DNA of 64,000 nucleotides, taken from positions 768,001 to 832,000 of the forward strand of contig OY969696.1 in the NCBI GenBank assembly GCA_963702005.1, given 5' to 3'. The DNA is from Candidatus Aminicenantes bacterium (lineage in GTDB: Bacteria > Acidobacteriota > Aminicenantia > Aminicenantales > JAFGBC01). The notes beneath the pieces were generated by a model, which searched no databases, was not told the origin of the DNA, and worked only from the letters and a program-made list of their open reading frames with translations. Of the stretch, positions 37,289-47,274 are shown piece after piece. Position numbers and translations under genes: made by a program. Position 1 is the first letter of the stretch; the number at the start of each line of letters is the position of its first letter.

Positions 37289-39151
37289 GTGAGAGGCCGG
37301 CGCCGATTTCCGCTGGCCAAGACGGCCAGGACGGTCATCGTCATCGCCCTGGCCGGCGTCTGCCTGGTCATCGCGTTTTATTTCCTGGCCCGCTGGCGGG
37401 GCCAGCCCCGGATCGATGTCTCGGATCGGAAGATCCCGTCCCAGAAGGTCGAGAGCCAGGACAAAGTCCGGCATTTCGTCTATAAGGCCGAAAAGGGCAG
37501 CCTCGAGCTCAACGCGGACCTGAACTCGCTCGGCCCCGACGGGCTCTTCCATCTTAAAGGGAACGTCGAGGTCGTCCGCTTCGGCCCCAAGGAACAGCCG
37601 CCCATCACGATCCGGTCTGAGGAGGCCTCCTACGACAAGGATCTCCTCCGGATCAAGTTCAAGGGCAACGTCAGCGTCCATTATCAGGACACGGACATTC
37701 GGACCTCGCAGTTCGAATACGTCAAGGACGGCGCGATCCTCAGGACCGACCAGGGCGTCAATTTCGAGACCCGCAAGGGAAAGGGCTCGGCTCAGCGGGT
37801 GTCCTACTGGGTCAACGAAGACCGGCTCCTCTTCAAGGACAAGGTCGTGCTCGACGCCAAGACGGACAAGGGCGGGCCGGAAACCTTGCATATCGAGGGA
37901 GACGCCCTCGAGTACGACAGGAGGTCCAAGCGCGGAATCGTCAGGGACAACGTAACCCTCCGGATGGGGCGAAGCCGGGCTTCGGCCGGACGGCTGAGCT
38001 TCGAGCTTTCCGGGACCGAAGAGCGATTCCGGACCTTGACCCTGGAGGAGAACGTCGTTGCCGTCGTCGTCCAGGAAGGGAGCCCCGCCGAGCGGTCCAT
38101 CGAAGCCGGGCGGCTCTTTCTCCGGGCCTTCACGGACATGGACCAGGTTCGGAGCATGGAAGCGAAGGGAAAGTGCCGGGCCGTGGTCCCCTTCGCGTCG
38201 GGGGTCCCGGCCGAAATCAAGGCGCCCGAGATCAAAGCCGGCTTCGATAAGGCCGGCCTCCTCAAGAAGCTGAGCGCGAAGGGGTCCGTCCAGGTCGTCG
38301 AGAAGGCGGCCGAGCCGGGCGGCGAGCGGACGATCTCCGGGGATGTCCTGACCGTCAACGGGAAAAAAGAGACCATGGTCTTTTCCCCGGCCGCCAAGAA
38401 AAAAGACAGGTCGAGGATGGTTTCCGCCCAGGCGGAGCTCGAGGCCGAGACGATCGCCGTCGACTACGGGAGCGGCGACATGAAGGCCGAGGGCGAGGTC
38501 AAGGCCATCCTCCAGCCGGGAAGCGGCGGCAAGGTGCCGACCGGCCTGTTCGCCGGCCGGGAGCCCGTCTTTGTTTCGACGGCACGAATGAGATACGGCA
38601 AGGACGCCAAACGTTCCCTATATGAAGGGGAAGCCCGCCTCTGGCAAGGCAAGCAGATTGTCCAGGCCGATTCCATCCAGGTCCTCGAGGACAAGGGAAG
38701 CTTGGAGGGACGGGGCAAGGTCAAGTCCCAGTTCTGGCACAGGCCCAAGGACAGCCAGACCGAGGAGAAAGTGGAGGTGTCCGGAGACAGCATCGAATTT
38801 CATCCCGAGGAGCGGAAGGTCTTTTTCAGGAAGGGCTGCGTCCTCAAGGCTCGGGACGCCGTTCTCGAGGCCGATACGATCACGATGGATCTCGCCGAGG
38901 GGTCGGCCGACATGACGATGATCGTCGCCAAGGGGTCGGTCAAGATCCGGCAGGGCACCTGGGAAGGGCAGGGGGGACGGGCCGAGTTCGCGGTCCCCGA
39001 GGAGACCGTGGTCCTCCTCGAAAACCCCGTCCTGATCGACAAGGACAAGGGCGAGACGCGGGGGGACAAATTGACATTTCAGCTGGCCGATGGTAGAATC
39101 CTGATCGAGAATAGGAGGCGGGATCGATCGGTCACGGTTATCAAGTCGTGA
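37289..39151 (+). CDS. LptC/LptA (OstA) multi-beta-jellyroll LPS transport protein
   Basis: N-terminal TM anchor, repeated beta-jellyroll motifs (GNV, A.G.V); directly upstream of lptB. Confidence 0.78.
   Translation: MRGRRRFPLAKTARTVIVIALAGVCLVIAFYFLARWRGQPRIDVSDRKIPSQKVESQDKVRHFVYKAEKGSLELNADLNSLGPDGLFHLKGNVEVVRFGPKEQPPITIRSEEASYDKDLLRIKFKGNVSVHYQDTDIRTSQFEYVKDGAILRTDQGVNFETRKGKGSAQRVSYWVNEDRLLFKDKVVLDAKTDKGGPETLHIEGDALEYDRRSKRGIVRDNVTLRMGRSRASAGRLSFELSGTEERFRTLTLEENVVAVVVQEGSPAERSIEAGRLFLRAFTDMDQVRSMEAKGKCRAVVPFASGVPAEIKAPEIKAGFDKAGLLKKLSAKGSVQVVEKAAEPGGERTISGDVLTVNGKKETMVFSPAAKKKDRSRMVSAQAELEAETIAVDYGSGDMKAEGEVKAILQPGSGGKVPTGLFAGREPVFVSTARMRYGKDAKRSLYEGEARLWQGKQIVQADSIQVLEDKGSLEGRGKVKSQFWHRPKDSQTEEKVEVSGDSIEFHPEERKVFFRKGCVLKARDAVLEADTITMDLAEGSADMTMIVAKGSVKIRQGTWEGQGGRAEFAVPEETVVLLENPVLIDKDKGETRGDKLTFQLADGRILIENRRRDRSVTVIKS
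39071..39099 (+). promoter_or_regulatory. Internal sigma70 promoter for the lptB-rpoN operon
   Basis: TTGACA-N17-TAGAAT inside the 3' end of the lptCA gene. Confidence 0.6.
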
Positions 39152-39154
39152 GAC

Positions 39155-39883
39155 ATGAGAGACGGTCTGAAAGCGGTCGGTCTTGAAAAGAGCTATCGGC
39201 GCAAAAAAGTCGTCAACGGCGTTACGGTCGAGATAAAAAGGGGGGAGATCGTCGGACTTCTCGGCCCGAACGGGGCGGGGAAAACGACGACGTTTTCCAT
39301 GATTTTAGGGCTCGTTCCTCAGGACGCCGGCCGAATTTTCCTCGACGGCGAGGACATCACGGAACTTCCCATGTACCTCCGGGCCCAGAGGGGGATTTGT
39401 CTCCTTCCCCAGGAGCCTTCCTCGTTCCGGCGGCTGAGCGTTGAGGATAACCTGATGGCCATCCTGGAGGTCCTTCCCGGCGAGGAGGGAGCGCCGGCCG
39501 GCGAGGTCGGGGCCGTCCTCGAGGAGTTCGGCTTGGCCCGGCTGGCCCGGGCCAAGGCTTACACTCTTTCGGGAGGGGAGCGGCGCCGCCTGGAGATCGC
39601 CCGGGCCATGATCACCGGTCCCGAATTCATCCTCCTCGACGAGCCGTTTACCGGGATCGATCCCCTCGCCATCAACGACCTTCAAGAGATCATCCTGTCT
39701 TTGAAGGAGAAGGGGCTCGGCCTTCTCGTGACCGATCACAGTGTCCGCGAGACCCTCAAGATCGCGGACCGTGGCTATATCATCAGCGGAGGAACCATCA
39801 TCCAACACGGCCTGCCCGATGATCTGGTCGCCTCGGCCCAGGTCCGGAAAAACTACCTGGGAGAAGGATTTTCACTCGATTGA
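39155..39883 (+). CDS. lptB: LPS export ABC ATPase
   Basis: GLLGPNGAGKTT, LPQEPS.FR, LSGGERRRLEIAR and TDH.VRETL. Confidence 0.96.
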   Translation: MRDGLKAVGLEKSYRRKKVVNGVTVEIKRGEIVGLLGPNGAGKTTTFSMILGLVPQDAGRIFLDGEDITELPMYLRAQRGICLLPQEPSSFRRLSVEDNLMAILEVLPGEEGAPAGEVGAVLEEFGLARLARAKAYTLSGGERRRLEIARAMITGPEFILLDEPFTGIDPLAINDLQEIILSLKEKGLGLLVTDHSVRETLKIADRGYIISGGTIIQHGLPDDLVASAQVRKNYLGEGFSLD

Positions 39884-39911
39884 CCTCCCCGGCAGAGCGG
39901 AGGAGAGCACG

Positions 39912-41399
39912 GTGCTGAAACAGAGGCTCGACCAGCGACAGGTTCAAAGGCTGATCCTGGCGCCCGCCCTTCAACAGGCCATCAAGCTCCTTCCCCTGAC
40001 CAACCTCGAGCTGATCGAGGTCATCGACAGCGAGCTCGCCCAGAATCCGATGCTCGAGACGGAGGAATTCGAAGCCCCCCCGGAGAAGAAGAGCCGCCAA
40101 GTCGACCTTAAAACGCCGGCCGCTTCCAATGAGACCCAAGCCGGCGAGAAGGGAGAGACTCCCGCCGCCGGGGAGGCGGCCGGCCAGCCCGAGGCCGGAG
40201 GAGAGGATCTCGGGCAGGAGATATCGTTCCAAGATTACCTGGATTCCGGACTTAGCTCCTACGGCGGCGAGAAGAGGGACATCCCCTCGATCGAGAACAC
40301 GCTAACTAAAAAAACCTCGCTCTGGGACCACCTGAACTGGCAGGCGAACCTGACCTTTTTTGACGGCCGGGAGAAGGAGGTCGCCCAGCTCATCATCGGC
40401 AACATCAACGAGGAAGGCTACCTGACGGCAACGCTCGAGGAGATCGCCTCGCTGGCCCGGACCGACATCGAAACGGTCGAGCGGATCCGGCAGGAGATCC
40501 TCTTCTTCGATCCGGTCGGGGCCGGCAGCCTCAACCTCCAGGAGGCCCTCCTCGTCCAGATGGACCATCTTCGAATCCGCGATCCGGTCACCCTGGACAT
40601 CGTCGCCAAACACCTCTCCCTGCTCGAGAAGTCGGATTTCAGCGGCCTGGCCAAGGCGCTGGGGCTCGGTTTGGCCGACATCAAGCGCCATGTCGACGTC
40701 ATCAAGAGCCTCGACCCGGCGCCCGGCTCCAAGTACAGCCAGGAACGGACGTTCTACGTCGTCCCCGATATCATCGTCTCCAAGGAAGATGACGAGCTCA
40801 AGATCGTCCTCAACGACCAGGGCATGCCCCGGCTGCGGATCAGCCGCTACTACCGGAAGCTCTTGGCCGAGGCCGCCAAGGACACCGAGGCCCACCAATA
40901 CCTCAAGGACAAGATGAAGAAGGCCATCTGGTTCCTGCGCAGCCTCGAACAGCGGGATCAGACGGTCGCCAAGGTCGCCCGCTTCATCGTCAACAAACAG
41001 AAGGACTTCCTGGAGAACGGCCTCGATTTCATTAAGCCGCTGACCTTGATGGAAATCGCGCGGGAGATCGGCGTTCACGAATCGACGGTCGGCCGGGTCG
41101 TCGCCAATAAGCATATGCTGACGCCGCGCGGCGTCTTCCCCCTGAAATATTTCTTCCACAAGTCCCTGGTCGGGGATTTCGGCGAGGAGGTCTCGTCCCT
41201 CAAGATCAAGGACCGGATCCGCAAGCTCGTCGAGAACGAGGACCGGACCCGCCCCCTGAGCGACGACGAGATCGTCGCCATCCTGGTCAAAGAGAATCTT
41301 CGGATCGCGCGGCGGACCGTCGCCAAGTACCGGAAACAGCTCCGGATTCAGCCGTCCCACATCCGGAAGCGCAAATTCATGATGGAGGGCACCCCATGA
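39912..41399 (+). CDS. rpoN: RNA polymerase sigma-54 factor
   Basis: LQQAIKLL, HESTVGR and RpoN box ARRTVAKYR; GTG start at 39912 after AGGAG. Confidence 0.97.
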   Translation: MLKQRLDQRQVQRLILAPALQQAIKLLPLTNLELIEVIDSELAQNPMLETEEFEAPPEKKSRQVDLKTPAASNETQAGEKGETPAAGEAAGQPEAGGEDLGQEISFQDYLDSGLSSYGGEKRDIPSIENTLTKKTSLWDHLNWQANLTFFDGREKEVAQLIIGNINEEGYLTATLEEIASLARTDIETVERIRQEILFFDPVGAGSLNLQEALLVQMDHLRIRDPVTLDIVAKHLSLLEKSDFSGLAKALGLGLADIKRHVDVIKSLDPAPGSKYSQERTFYVVPDIIVSKEDDELKIVLNDQGMPRLRISRYYRKLLAEAAKDTEAHQYLKDKMKKAIWFLRSLEQRDQTVAKVARFIVNKQKDFLENGLDFIKPLTLMEIAREIGVHESTVGRVVANKHMLTPRGVFPLKYFFHKSLVGDFGEEVSSLKIKDRIRKLVENEDRTRPLSDDEIVAILVKENLRIARRTVAKYRKQLRIQPSHIRKRKFMMEGTP

Positions 41400-41920
41400 A
41401 CATCCACTTCACGGCCCGGCAGACCGAGGTGACGCCCGAGGTCCGGGAGTTTTGCGAGAAGAGACTCCGCGCCTTGGAAAACCTGCTGGGTTCCGTGCTG
41501 GAGGTCGACCTGATCCTGTCCGTCGAGAAGTACCGGCAGCGGGTCGAGCTCAACGTCAAGGGAAAGGGGCCGAGCCTCATCCTGACCGAGGAGACCGAGG
41601 ATATGTTCTCGTCCCTCCATCGGGTCTTCGACCGCTTGGAGTCCAAGCTCAAAAAGGAGCGGGCCAAGTTCCGCGAGCAGAAACGGCGCAAGGGCCGCGA
41701 GCGGAAGGAACTGGGCGCGCCCGAGGAGCGGGCCGAAGCGGGGCGGCGGGTCTTGCGCAGCCCCTTCTTCTCCCCCAAGCCGATGTCCATCGAGGAGGCC
41801 GCCATCCAGTTCGAGCTCAAGAAGAAAGAGGTCCTTGTCTTCCGCGAGCTCGGCTCCGAGAAATGGGCCGTCCTGTTCAAGCGCAAGGACGGGAACATCG
41901 GCCTCGTCCAGCCCGAATGA
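41396..41920 (+). CDS. hpf: Ribosome hibernation promoting factor (long HPF)
   Basis: MNIHFTAR, PKPMSIEEA and KRKDGNIGL; follows rpoN. Confidence 0.92.
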   Translation: MNIHFTARQTEVTPEVREFCEKRLRALENLLGSVLEVDLILSVEKYRQRVELNVKGKGPSLILTEETEDMFSSLHRVFDRLESKLKKERAKFREQKRRKGRERKELGAPEERAEAGRRVLRSPFFSPKPMSIEEAAIQFELKKKEVLVFRELGSEKWAVLFKRKDGNIGLVQPE

Positions 41921-41936
41921 AAGGAATCGGGCGGGT

Positions 41937-42413
41937 ATGGCCCTCAAGCTCCACGGTCTTCTCTCCGAAGAGCTTATCTTGCCGACCCTGGAAGCCCGGG
42001 AGCGGGAGGGCATTTTGAAGGAGATGGCGGCCGTCCTCAAGGCGAAGGGGCGTGTCGCCAAGGACCGGGAGCTCGCCGAGCGGCTCGCCCAGCGGGAACG
42101 GCTGGGAAGCACGGCCATCGGCCGGGGCATCGCCATCCCCCACTGCAAAGGGAGCTGGGTCAAGGAGCCCCTGGTTCTGCTGGCCGTGTCCCGGACGGGG
42201 GCCCCGTTCGACGCGGCCGACGGCAAGCCGGCCTACCTGTTTTTTCTGGTCGTCACGCCGCCCGAGGATCCGGCCCTCAACCTTCAGATCCTGGCCGCGG
42301 TCGCCCGCCTCGCCCGGCGATCGCGGAGCCTCCTCAAGCGGATCTTGACGGTCGAGACGGCCCTGGAGATCCTGGAGATCGTCCGTGAAGAAGAAGAAAA
42401 ACTCGCGGCCTAA
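41937..42413 (+). CDS. ptsN: PTS EIIA(Ntr)-like protein
   Basis: RERLGSTAIGRGIAIPH and FDAADGKP. Confidence 0.9.
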   Translation: MALKLHGLLSEELILPTLEAREREGILKEMAAVLKAKGRVAKDRELAERLAQRERLGSTAIGRGIAIPHCKGSWVKEPLVLLAVSRTGAPFDAADGKPAYLFFLVVTPPEDPALNLQILAAVARLARRSRSLLKRILTVETALEILEIVREEEEKLAA

Positions 42414-42996
42414 GGCGGCCCGCCGGGCGGAGACCACGATCTCCGGCGAACTCCTCCGGATCTACGGGCTGGGCGTCTTCATCTTCGGCGACAGCGGGAT
42501 CGGCAAGAGCGAAAGCGTCCTCGAGCTCGTCGGCCGCGGCCATCGCCTCGTCGCCGACGATGTCGTCCGCGTCCACCGGACCGCCGACGGGACGCTGCGG
42601 GGACGGGCGCCCGATCTCAGCCGCGATTACATGGAGATCCGGGGCCTGGGCATCATCAACATCAAGGAGATCTTCGGGCCCCGCGCCCTCTGCGCCGAGT
42701 CGGCCGTCGACCTGGCCGTCCGGCTCCGGAAATGGCAGCGGGGCCGTGAATTCGACCGGCTCGGCCTGCGCTTCCCCAAGGACCACGGCATCTTGGGAGT
42801 CCCCATCCCTCAGATCACGATTCCGGTCGCGCCCGGCCGCAACATCGCGACCCTGATCGAGGTCGCCAGCCGGGTCCACTGCCTCCGCCGGCGGGGCTAC
42901 CAGGCCTCCCGGGAGATCGTTCGGCGGCTCGACCGGGCCTTGGGGGCGGGGCGGGGGGCGGGGACGCGGCGGCGGCGAAAGGCGGCCGGGGCATGA
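42385..42996 (+). CDS. hprK: HPr kinase/phosphorylase, short form lacking the N-terminal domain
   Basis: GDSGIGKSE, LVADD, MEIRGLGII and PVAPGRN. Confidence 0.9.
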   Translation: MKKKKNSRPKAARRAETTISGELLRIYGLGVFIFGDSGIGKSESVLELVGRGHRLVADDVVRVHRTADGTLRGRAPDLSRDYMEIRGLGIINIKEIFGPRALCAESAVDLAVRLRKWQRGREFDRLGLRFPKDHGILGVPIPQITIPVAPGRNIATLIEVASRVHCLRRRGYQASREIVRRLDRALGAGRGAGTRRRRKAAGA

Positions 42997-43847
42997 CGCG
43001 CGACAAGTTCGTGATCATCGCCGGACTGTCCGGATCGGGGAAGACGGTCGTCAGCCACTTCTTCGAAGACCTGGGCTACTACCGCGTCGACAACCTGCCG
43101 GCCAAGCTCATCCCGAACTTCGTCGACCTCTGGCTCCACCGCAAGGTCGAGATCGGCAAGGTCGCCCTCGTCGTCGACATCCGGGAGCCCGCCTTCCTCA
43201 AGGAGTTCCCCCGCGTCTGGAAGGAGATCCGCCCCAAGGTAGGGGCCCGTCTCATCTTCCTCGACGCCACGGATGAGGCCCTGGTCAAGCGCTTCAGCGA
43301 GACGCGCCGGCCCCATCCCCTGGCTCCGAAATCCGTCGTCGAGGGCGTCCGGCTCGAGCGGAAGCGGCTGGCCCCGATCAAGAACATGGCCGACGAAGTC
43401 ATCGATACGACGCGGATGACGATCGTTCAGCTCAAGGAGCTGCTCGGAAGACGCTTCGCCTCCCGGCGCGCGCTCCGCCTCCAGATCATCCTGATCAGCT
43501 TCGGCTATAAGTACGGGATTCCCCTCGAGTCCGACCTTGTCTTCGACACCCGTTTCCTGCCCAATCCCTTTTACGTCGAATCCCTCCGTGAAAAATCGGG
43601 ACGCCGGCGCGCGGTCCGGGATTTCGTCCTGGGCGCGGCCGAGACCAAGGCCTTCCTGGCCAAGCTCCGTGATTTCCTCGATTTCCTGATTCCCCGCTTC
43701 GTCCGGGAAGGGAAGAGCTACCTGACGATCGCGATCGGCTGCACGGGCGGCAAGCACCGCTCCGTCGTCATCGCCGAGATCCTCAGGGAGTATCTTCGCC
43801 GCCAAAAATATGATATAAGACTCTATCATCGGGATGTGTTTAAGTGA
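42993..43847 (+). CDS. rapZ: RNase adapter RapZ/YvcJ
   Basis: GLSGSGK, VDNLP, ETRRPHPL, SFG.KYG and GCTGGKHRSV. Confidence 0.96.
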   Translation: MTRDKFVIIAGLSGSGKTVVSHFFEDLGYYRVDNLPAKLIPNFVDLWLHRKVEIGKVALVVDIREPAFLKEFPRVWKEIRPKVGARLIFLDATDEALVKRFSETRRPHPLAPKSVVEGVRLERKRLAPIKNMADEVIDTTRMTIVQLKELLGRRFASRRALRLQIILISFGYKYGIPLESDLVFDTRFLPNPFYVESLREKSGRRRAVRDFVLGAAETKAFLAKLRDFLDFLIPRFVREGKSYLTIAIGCTGGKHRSVVIAEILREYLRRQKYDIRLYHRDVFK

Positions 43848-43877
43848 CGGGCCGGGCTTGAACTTAGGAGAGACGCC

Positions 43878-44282
43878 ATGGTCGGAGGCATTATCGTCTG
43901 CCATGGGAAGCTCGCCGAGGAGCTCCTCAACGCGCTGACGATCATCCTGGGGGAGGCTCCGAACATCGAGGCGATCTCGATCGGGTGGTACGACGATGTC
44001 GAGGATTCCAAGAAGAAGATCAACCAGAGCCTCAAGAAGGTCGACCAGAAGAACGGGGTCGTCATCTTCACGGACATGTTCGGGGGGACGCCCTCGAACC
44101 TGAGCTTCAGCTTTCTCAAGGATAACCAGGTTGAGATCATCACCGGCGTCAACCTCCCGATGCTCATCAAGTTCGTTTCCCTCCAGCGCAGCAACAACCT
44201 CAAGGACGTGGCCAAGAAAGTCGTCGACCAGGGGAAAAAGAACATCCACCTCGCCAGCGCCCTCCTCGGCGCCAAGCGCTAA
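43878..44282 (+). CDS. PTS mannose-type EIIA
   Basis: IVCHG, TDMFGGTPSN and GVNLPML. Confidence 0.93.
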   Translation: MVGGIIVCHGKLAEELLNALTIILGEAPNIEAISIGWYDDVEDSKKKINQSLKKVDQKNGVVIFTDMFGGTPSNLSFSFLKDNQVEIITGVNLPMLIKFVSLQRSNNLKDVAKKVVDQGKKNIHLASALLGAKR

Positions 44283-44305
44283 GGGTTGCCGCTCCGGATA
44301 GCGCC

Positions 44306-44575
44306 ATGATCGAAAAAAAGCTGACGATCAGGAATAAGCTCGGGCTTCACGCCCGGGCCGCCGTCAAATTCGTCAACCTGGCCAACCGGTTCTCGGCCTC
44401 GGTTCGCATCATCAAGGACGGAAGCGAAATCGACGGTAAGAGCATCCTGGGCATCCTGACCCTGGCCGCGACCCAGGGGTCGACGATCGGGCTCAAACTA
44501 TCGGGCAAGGACGCGGCGGCCGCCCTCAAGGCCATCGAAGCCCTCGTCAACGACAAGTTCGGGGAGAAGGAATAG
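44306..44575 (+). CDS. ptsH: Phosphocarrier protein HPr
   Basis: GLHARAA and DGKSILG. Confidence 0.95.
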   Translation: MIEKKLTIRNKLGLHARAAVKFVNLANRFSASVRIIKDGSEIDGKSILGILTLAATQGSTIGLKLSGKDAAAALKAIEALVNDKFGEKE

Positions 44576-44580
44576 GCGCC

Positions 44581-46344
44581 ATGGACCTCATCCGGCTGCG
44601 GGGAATCGGGGTCTCACCGGGGATCGCCATGGGCGAGGCCGTCCTCTCGACGCGGGTTCTGTTCACGGCCCGGCGCGAGCCGGTCGCGGCCAACCGGATT
44701 CCGGCCGAACTCAAGCGGATCCAGCGGGCCCTGGCCCGGACTCAGGACGACCTCGTCCAGCTCCAGAAAGACATCCGCGCCCGGATCGGCGACGAGCCCG
44801 CCTACATCTTCGACGCCCACCTCCTCATCCTTCAGGACAAGACGCTTCTGGCCAGCTTGGAGCGGATCATCACCGAGGAGAAGGTCAAGGCCGAATGGGC
44901 GCTGTCCCAAGTCCACCAGAAGTACGAGAAGATTTTCGAGGGGCTCTCCGACGAGTACTTCCGACAGCGGAAGTCCGATGTGTCCGACGTCCTGGCCAAA
45001 ATCTACAGAAACCTCGAGGACAAGGCCCCGGCCAAGGACGAAAAGACGGCCCGCCGGATCCTGGTCGCCCACGACCTGATGCCCTCCGAAGCGGCCCTCC
45101 GGATCAGCCACGGCCAAGTCCTGGGCGTTGCCCTCGACATGGGCGGATTGACCTCGCATACGGCCATCCTGGCCCGGTCCCTCAACATTCCGGCCGTGGT
45201 CGGCCTCCACGACGTGACCCGTTTCATCCGGAGCGGAGACTATCTTATCGTCGACGGGACGGACGGCGAGGTCATCATCAACCCGCCCCCGGCCGTCCGC
45301 AAGGAGTTCCAAGGCAAGCGCGAGAAGTACCTCAGCTACGGGAAGGAACTTCGCAAGACGGCCAAGCTCCCGTCACGGACGCTCGACGAGGTCCGCTTCA
45401 TCCCCCTGGCCAACATCGAGCTTCCCGAGGAAGTCCAGATGGGTTTTTCCTACGGGGCCGAAGGGATCGGGCTGTTCCGGTCCGAGTTTATCTACCTCCA
45501 GCGGACGACCCTCCCCAGCGAAGAGGACCATTATGAGACCTACTTCCGGATCGCCAAGGAAGCTCAGCCGGCCCCGGTCTATATCCGGACGATCGACATC
45601 GGCGGCGAGAAGACGCTTCCCCAGCTCATGATCGAGCAGGAGCCTAATCCGGCCCTCGGGCTGCGAGGCATCCGCTTCTCCCTCAAAAACCGGGACCTGT
45701 TCCGGACCCAGCTCCGGGCCATCCTCCGCGCCAGCGCCCTCCGCAACGTCCGGATTCTCGTACCGATGGTCACCGAGATCGAGGAGGTCTTTGAGGTCAA
45801 GCGCCTGTTCCGCGAGGTCAAGGCCGAGCTCGACGGGCGGAACATCAAGTACGACCGGCAGATCCCGCTCGGGGTCATGATCGAGGTCCCGGCCGCGGCG
45901 GCCATGGCCGACGTCCTGGCCAAAGAGGTCGACTATCTCAGCATCGGGACGAACGACCTCATCCAGTACTATTTGGCCGTCGACCGCTCCAACGAGCACG
46001 TCTCCTATCTCTACAAGCCCCTCCACCCGGCCCTCCTGCGGCTCATCCGGGGCATCATCCGGACGGCCGAGCGGGAGGGGAAGGGCGTCACGGTCTGCGG
46101 CGAGATGGCGGCCGATCCGATTTCGGCCCTCGTCATGCTCGGGTTCGGGCTGAGGACGTTCAGCATGAATCCCATCTTCATTCCCCGCATCAAGAGGGTC
46201 CTCCGGGCCGTCGAGGTCCGGACCGTCCGGCGGATCGTCAACGCCGCCCTCGACCTCCGGACGGCCCGGGAGATCGAGGAGTTCATCGTCGAGAAGATCC
46301 TGGTCAAACATCCCCAGGCGTTTCTGATGCGGCACTCCTCTTAA
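44581..46344 (+). CDS. ptsI: PEP-protein phosphotransferase (Enzyme I)
   Basis: GGLTSHTAILAR, GIGLFRSEF, SIGTNDLIQY and CGEMA. Confidence 0.96.
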   Translation: MDLIRLRGIGVSPGIAMGEAVLSTRVLFTARREPVAANRIPAELKRIQRALARTQDDLVQLQKDIRARIGDEPAYIFDAHLLILQDKTLLASLERIITEEKVKAEWALSQVHQKYEKIFEGLSDEYFRQRKSDVSDVLAKIYRNLEDKAPAKDEKTARRILVAHDLMPSEAALRISHGQVLGVALDMGGLTSHTAILARSLNIPAVVGLHDVTRFIRSGDYLIVDGTDGEVIINPPPAVRKEFQGKREKYLSYGKELRKTAKLPSRTLDEVRFIPLANIELPEEVQMGFSYGAEGIGLFRSEFIYLQRTTLPSEEDHYETYFRIAKEAQPAPVYIRTIDIGGEKTLPQLMIEQEPNPALGLRGIRFSLKNRDLFRTQLRAILRASALRNVRILVPMVTEIEEVFEVKRLFREVKAELDGRNIKYDRQIPLGVMIEVPAAAAMADVLAKEVDYLSIGTNDLIQYYLAVDRSNEHVSYLYKPLHPALLRLIRGIIRTAEREGKGVTVCGEMAADPISALVMLGFGLRTFSMNPIFIPRIKRVLRAVEVRTVRRIVNAALDLRTAREIEEFIVEKILVKHPQAFLMRHSS

Positions 46345-46346
46345 CG

Positions 46347-46748
46347 TTAACGGCCGCCCAGCGCGTTCCGTCCGTACTCGTCCTGGAGGCGGACGATGTC
46401 CGCCTCGTCGGAATCCCCCAGCCAGATCTCCATGACCCGGCCCCGCTCCGGGCCGAGGCAGCGGAGGCGGTGGGGCGCTTCGCGCGGGACGTAGATTTCT
46501 TCGCCCTCGGCCGGCCGCCAGGTCCGGTCGCCGATCGTCATCTCCAGCCCCTGATCGAGGACAACCCAGAATTCGCTCCGACGGTTGTGGTATTGGAGCG
46601 AAAGGGAGCCGCCGGGATTGACGGTGATGATCTTGAGGGCGGCCGCGTTCTGATGGGGGTAGGAGCGGAACTTCCCCCAGGGACGGACATCCTCGACGAT
46701 GCAGCCGCGGAAGTCCTGTTCGCTCGGCACGATGGGACGCTCGGTCAT
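46347..46748 (-). CDS. Cupin, mannose-6-phosphate isomerase type II C-terminal-like
   Basis: RPWG, LSLQYH..RSEFW and DIVRLQDEYGR. Confidence 0.85.
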   Translation of the reverse strand: MTERPIVPSEQDFRGCIVEDVRPWGKFRSYPHQNAAALKIITVNPGGSLSLQYHNRRSEFWVVLDQGLEMTIGDRTWRPAEGEEIYVPREAPHRLRCLGPERGRVMEIWLGDSDEADIVRLQDEYGRNALGGR

Positions 46749-46809
46749 GGAACACCTCTTTGGGGCGGCCGGAAGCGGGGTGCGCCAGGGCGGGGAGGCG
46801 CCGGGCCGC

Positions 46810-47274
46810 TCAGAAGGGGACGTCGTCGTCCGGGCCGCCCGGTCCGGACGGCTCCTCCTCGCCGGGGAAGTCGGGGACCGAGGGCTCTCCGGGCAGGGGC
46901 TCATGAGAGACGGGCTCGCCCGCCCCCTCGCGCCGGCCGAGGAGGACGATGCTGAAGGCCTCGATCTCGGTCGTCGAGCGCTTGTTCCCTTCTTTGTCCT
47001 GCCAGGGCCGGGTCCGGAGCTTGCCTTCGATCAGGATTTGACGGCCCTGGGCGAGGTACTTCTCGGCGAACTCGGCGAGCTTCCCCCAAGCCACGATTTT
47101 ATGCCATTCGGTGTGGTCGCGGCTTTCCTTGGTCTGGGGATTGAAGGAGCGCTCGTTCGTCGCCAGGCTGAAGCGGGCGATCGCCCGTTCGCTCTGGGGG
47201 AGGTAGCGGAGCTCCGGCTTCCCCCCCAGGCGTCCGATCAGGAGGACTTTATTGAGGCTGTTAATATCTCTCAT
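46810..47274 (-). CDS. ssb: Single-stranded DNA-binding protein
   Basis: LNKVLLIGRLG, TEWH and the C-terminal DDDVPF tail. Confidence 0.97.
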   Translation of the reverse strand: MRDINSLNKVLLIGRLGGKPELRYLPQSERAIARFSLATNERSFNPQTKESRDHTEWHKIVAWGKLAEFAEKYLAQGRQILIEGKLRTRPWQDKEGNKRSTTEIEAFSIVLLGRREGAGEPVSHEPLPGEPSVPDFPGEEEPSGPGGPDDDVPF

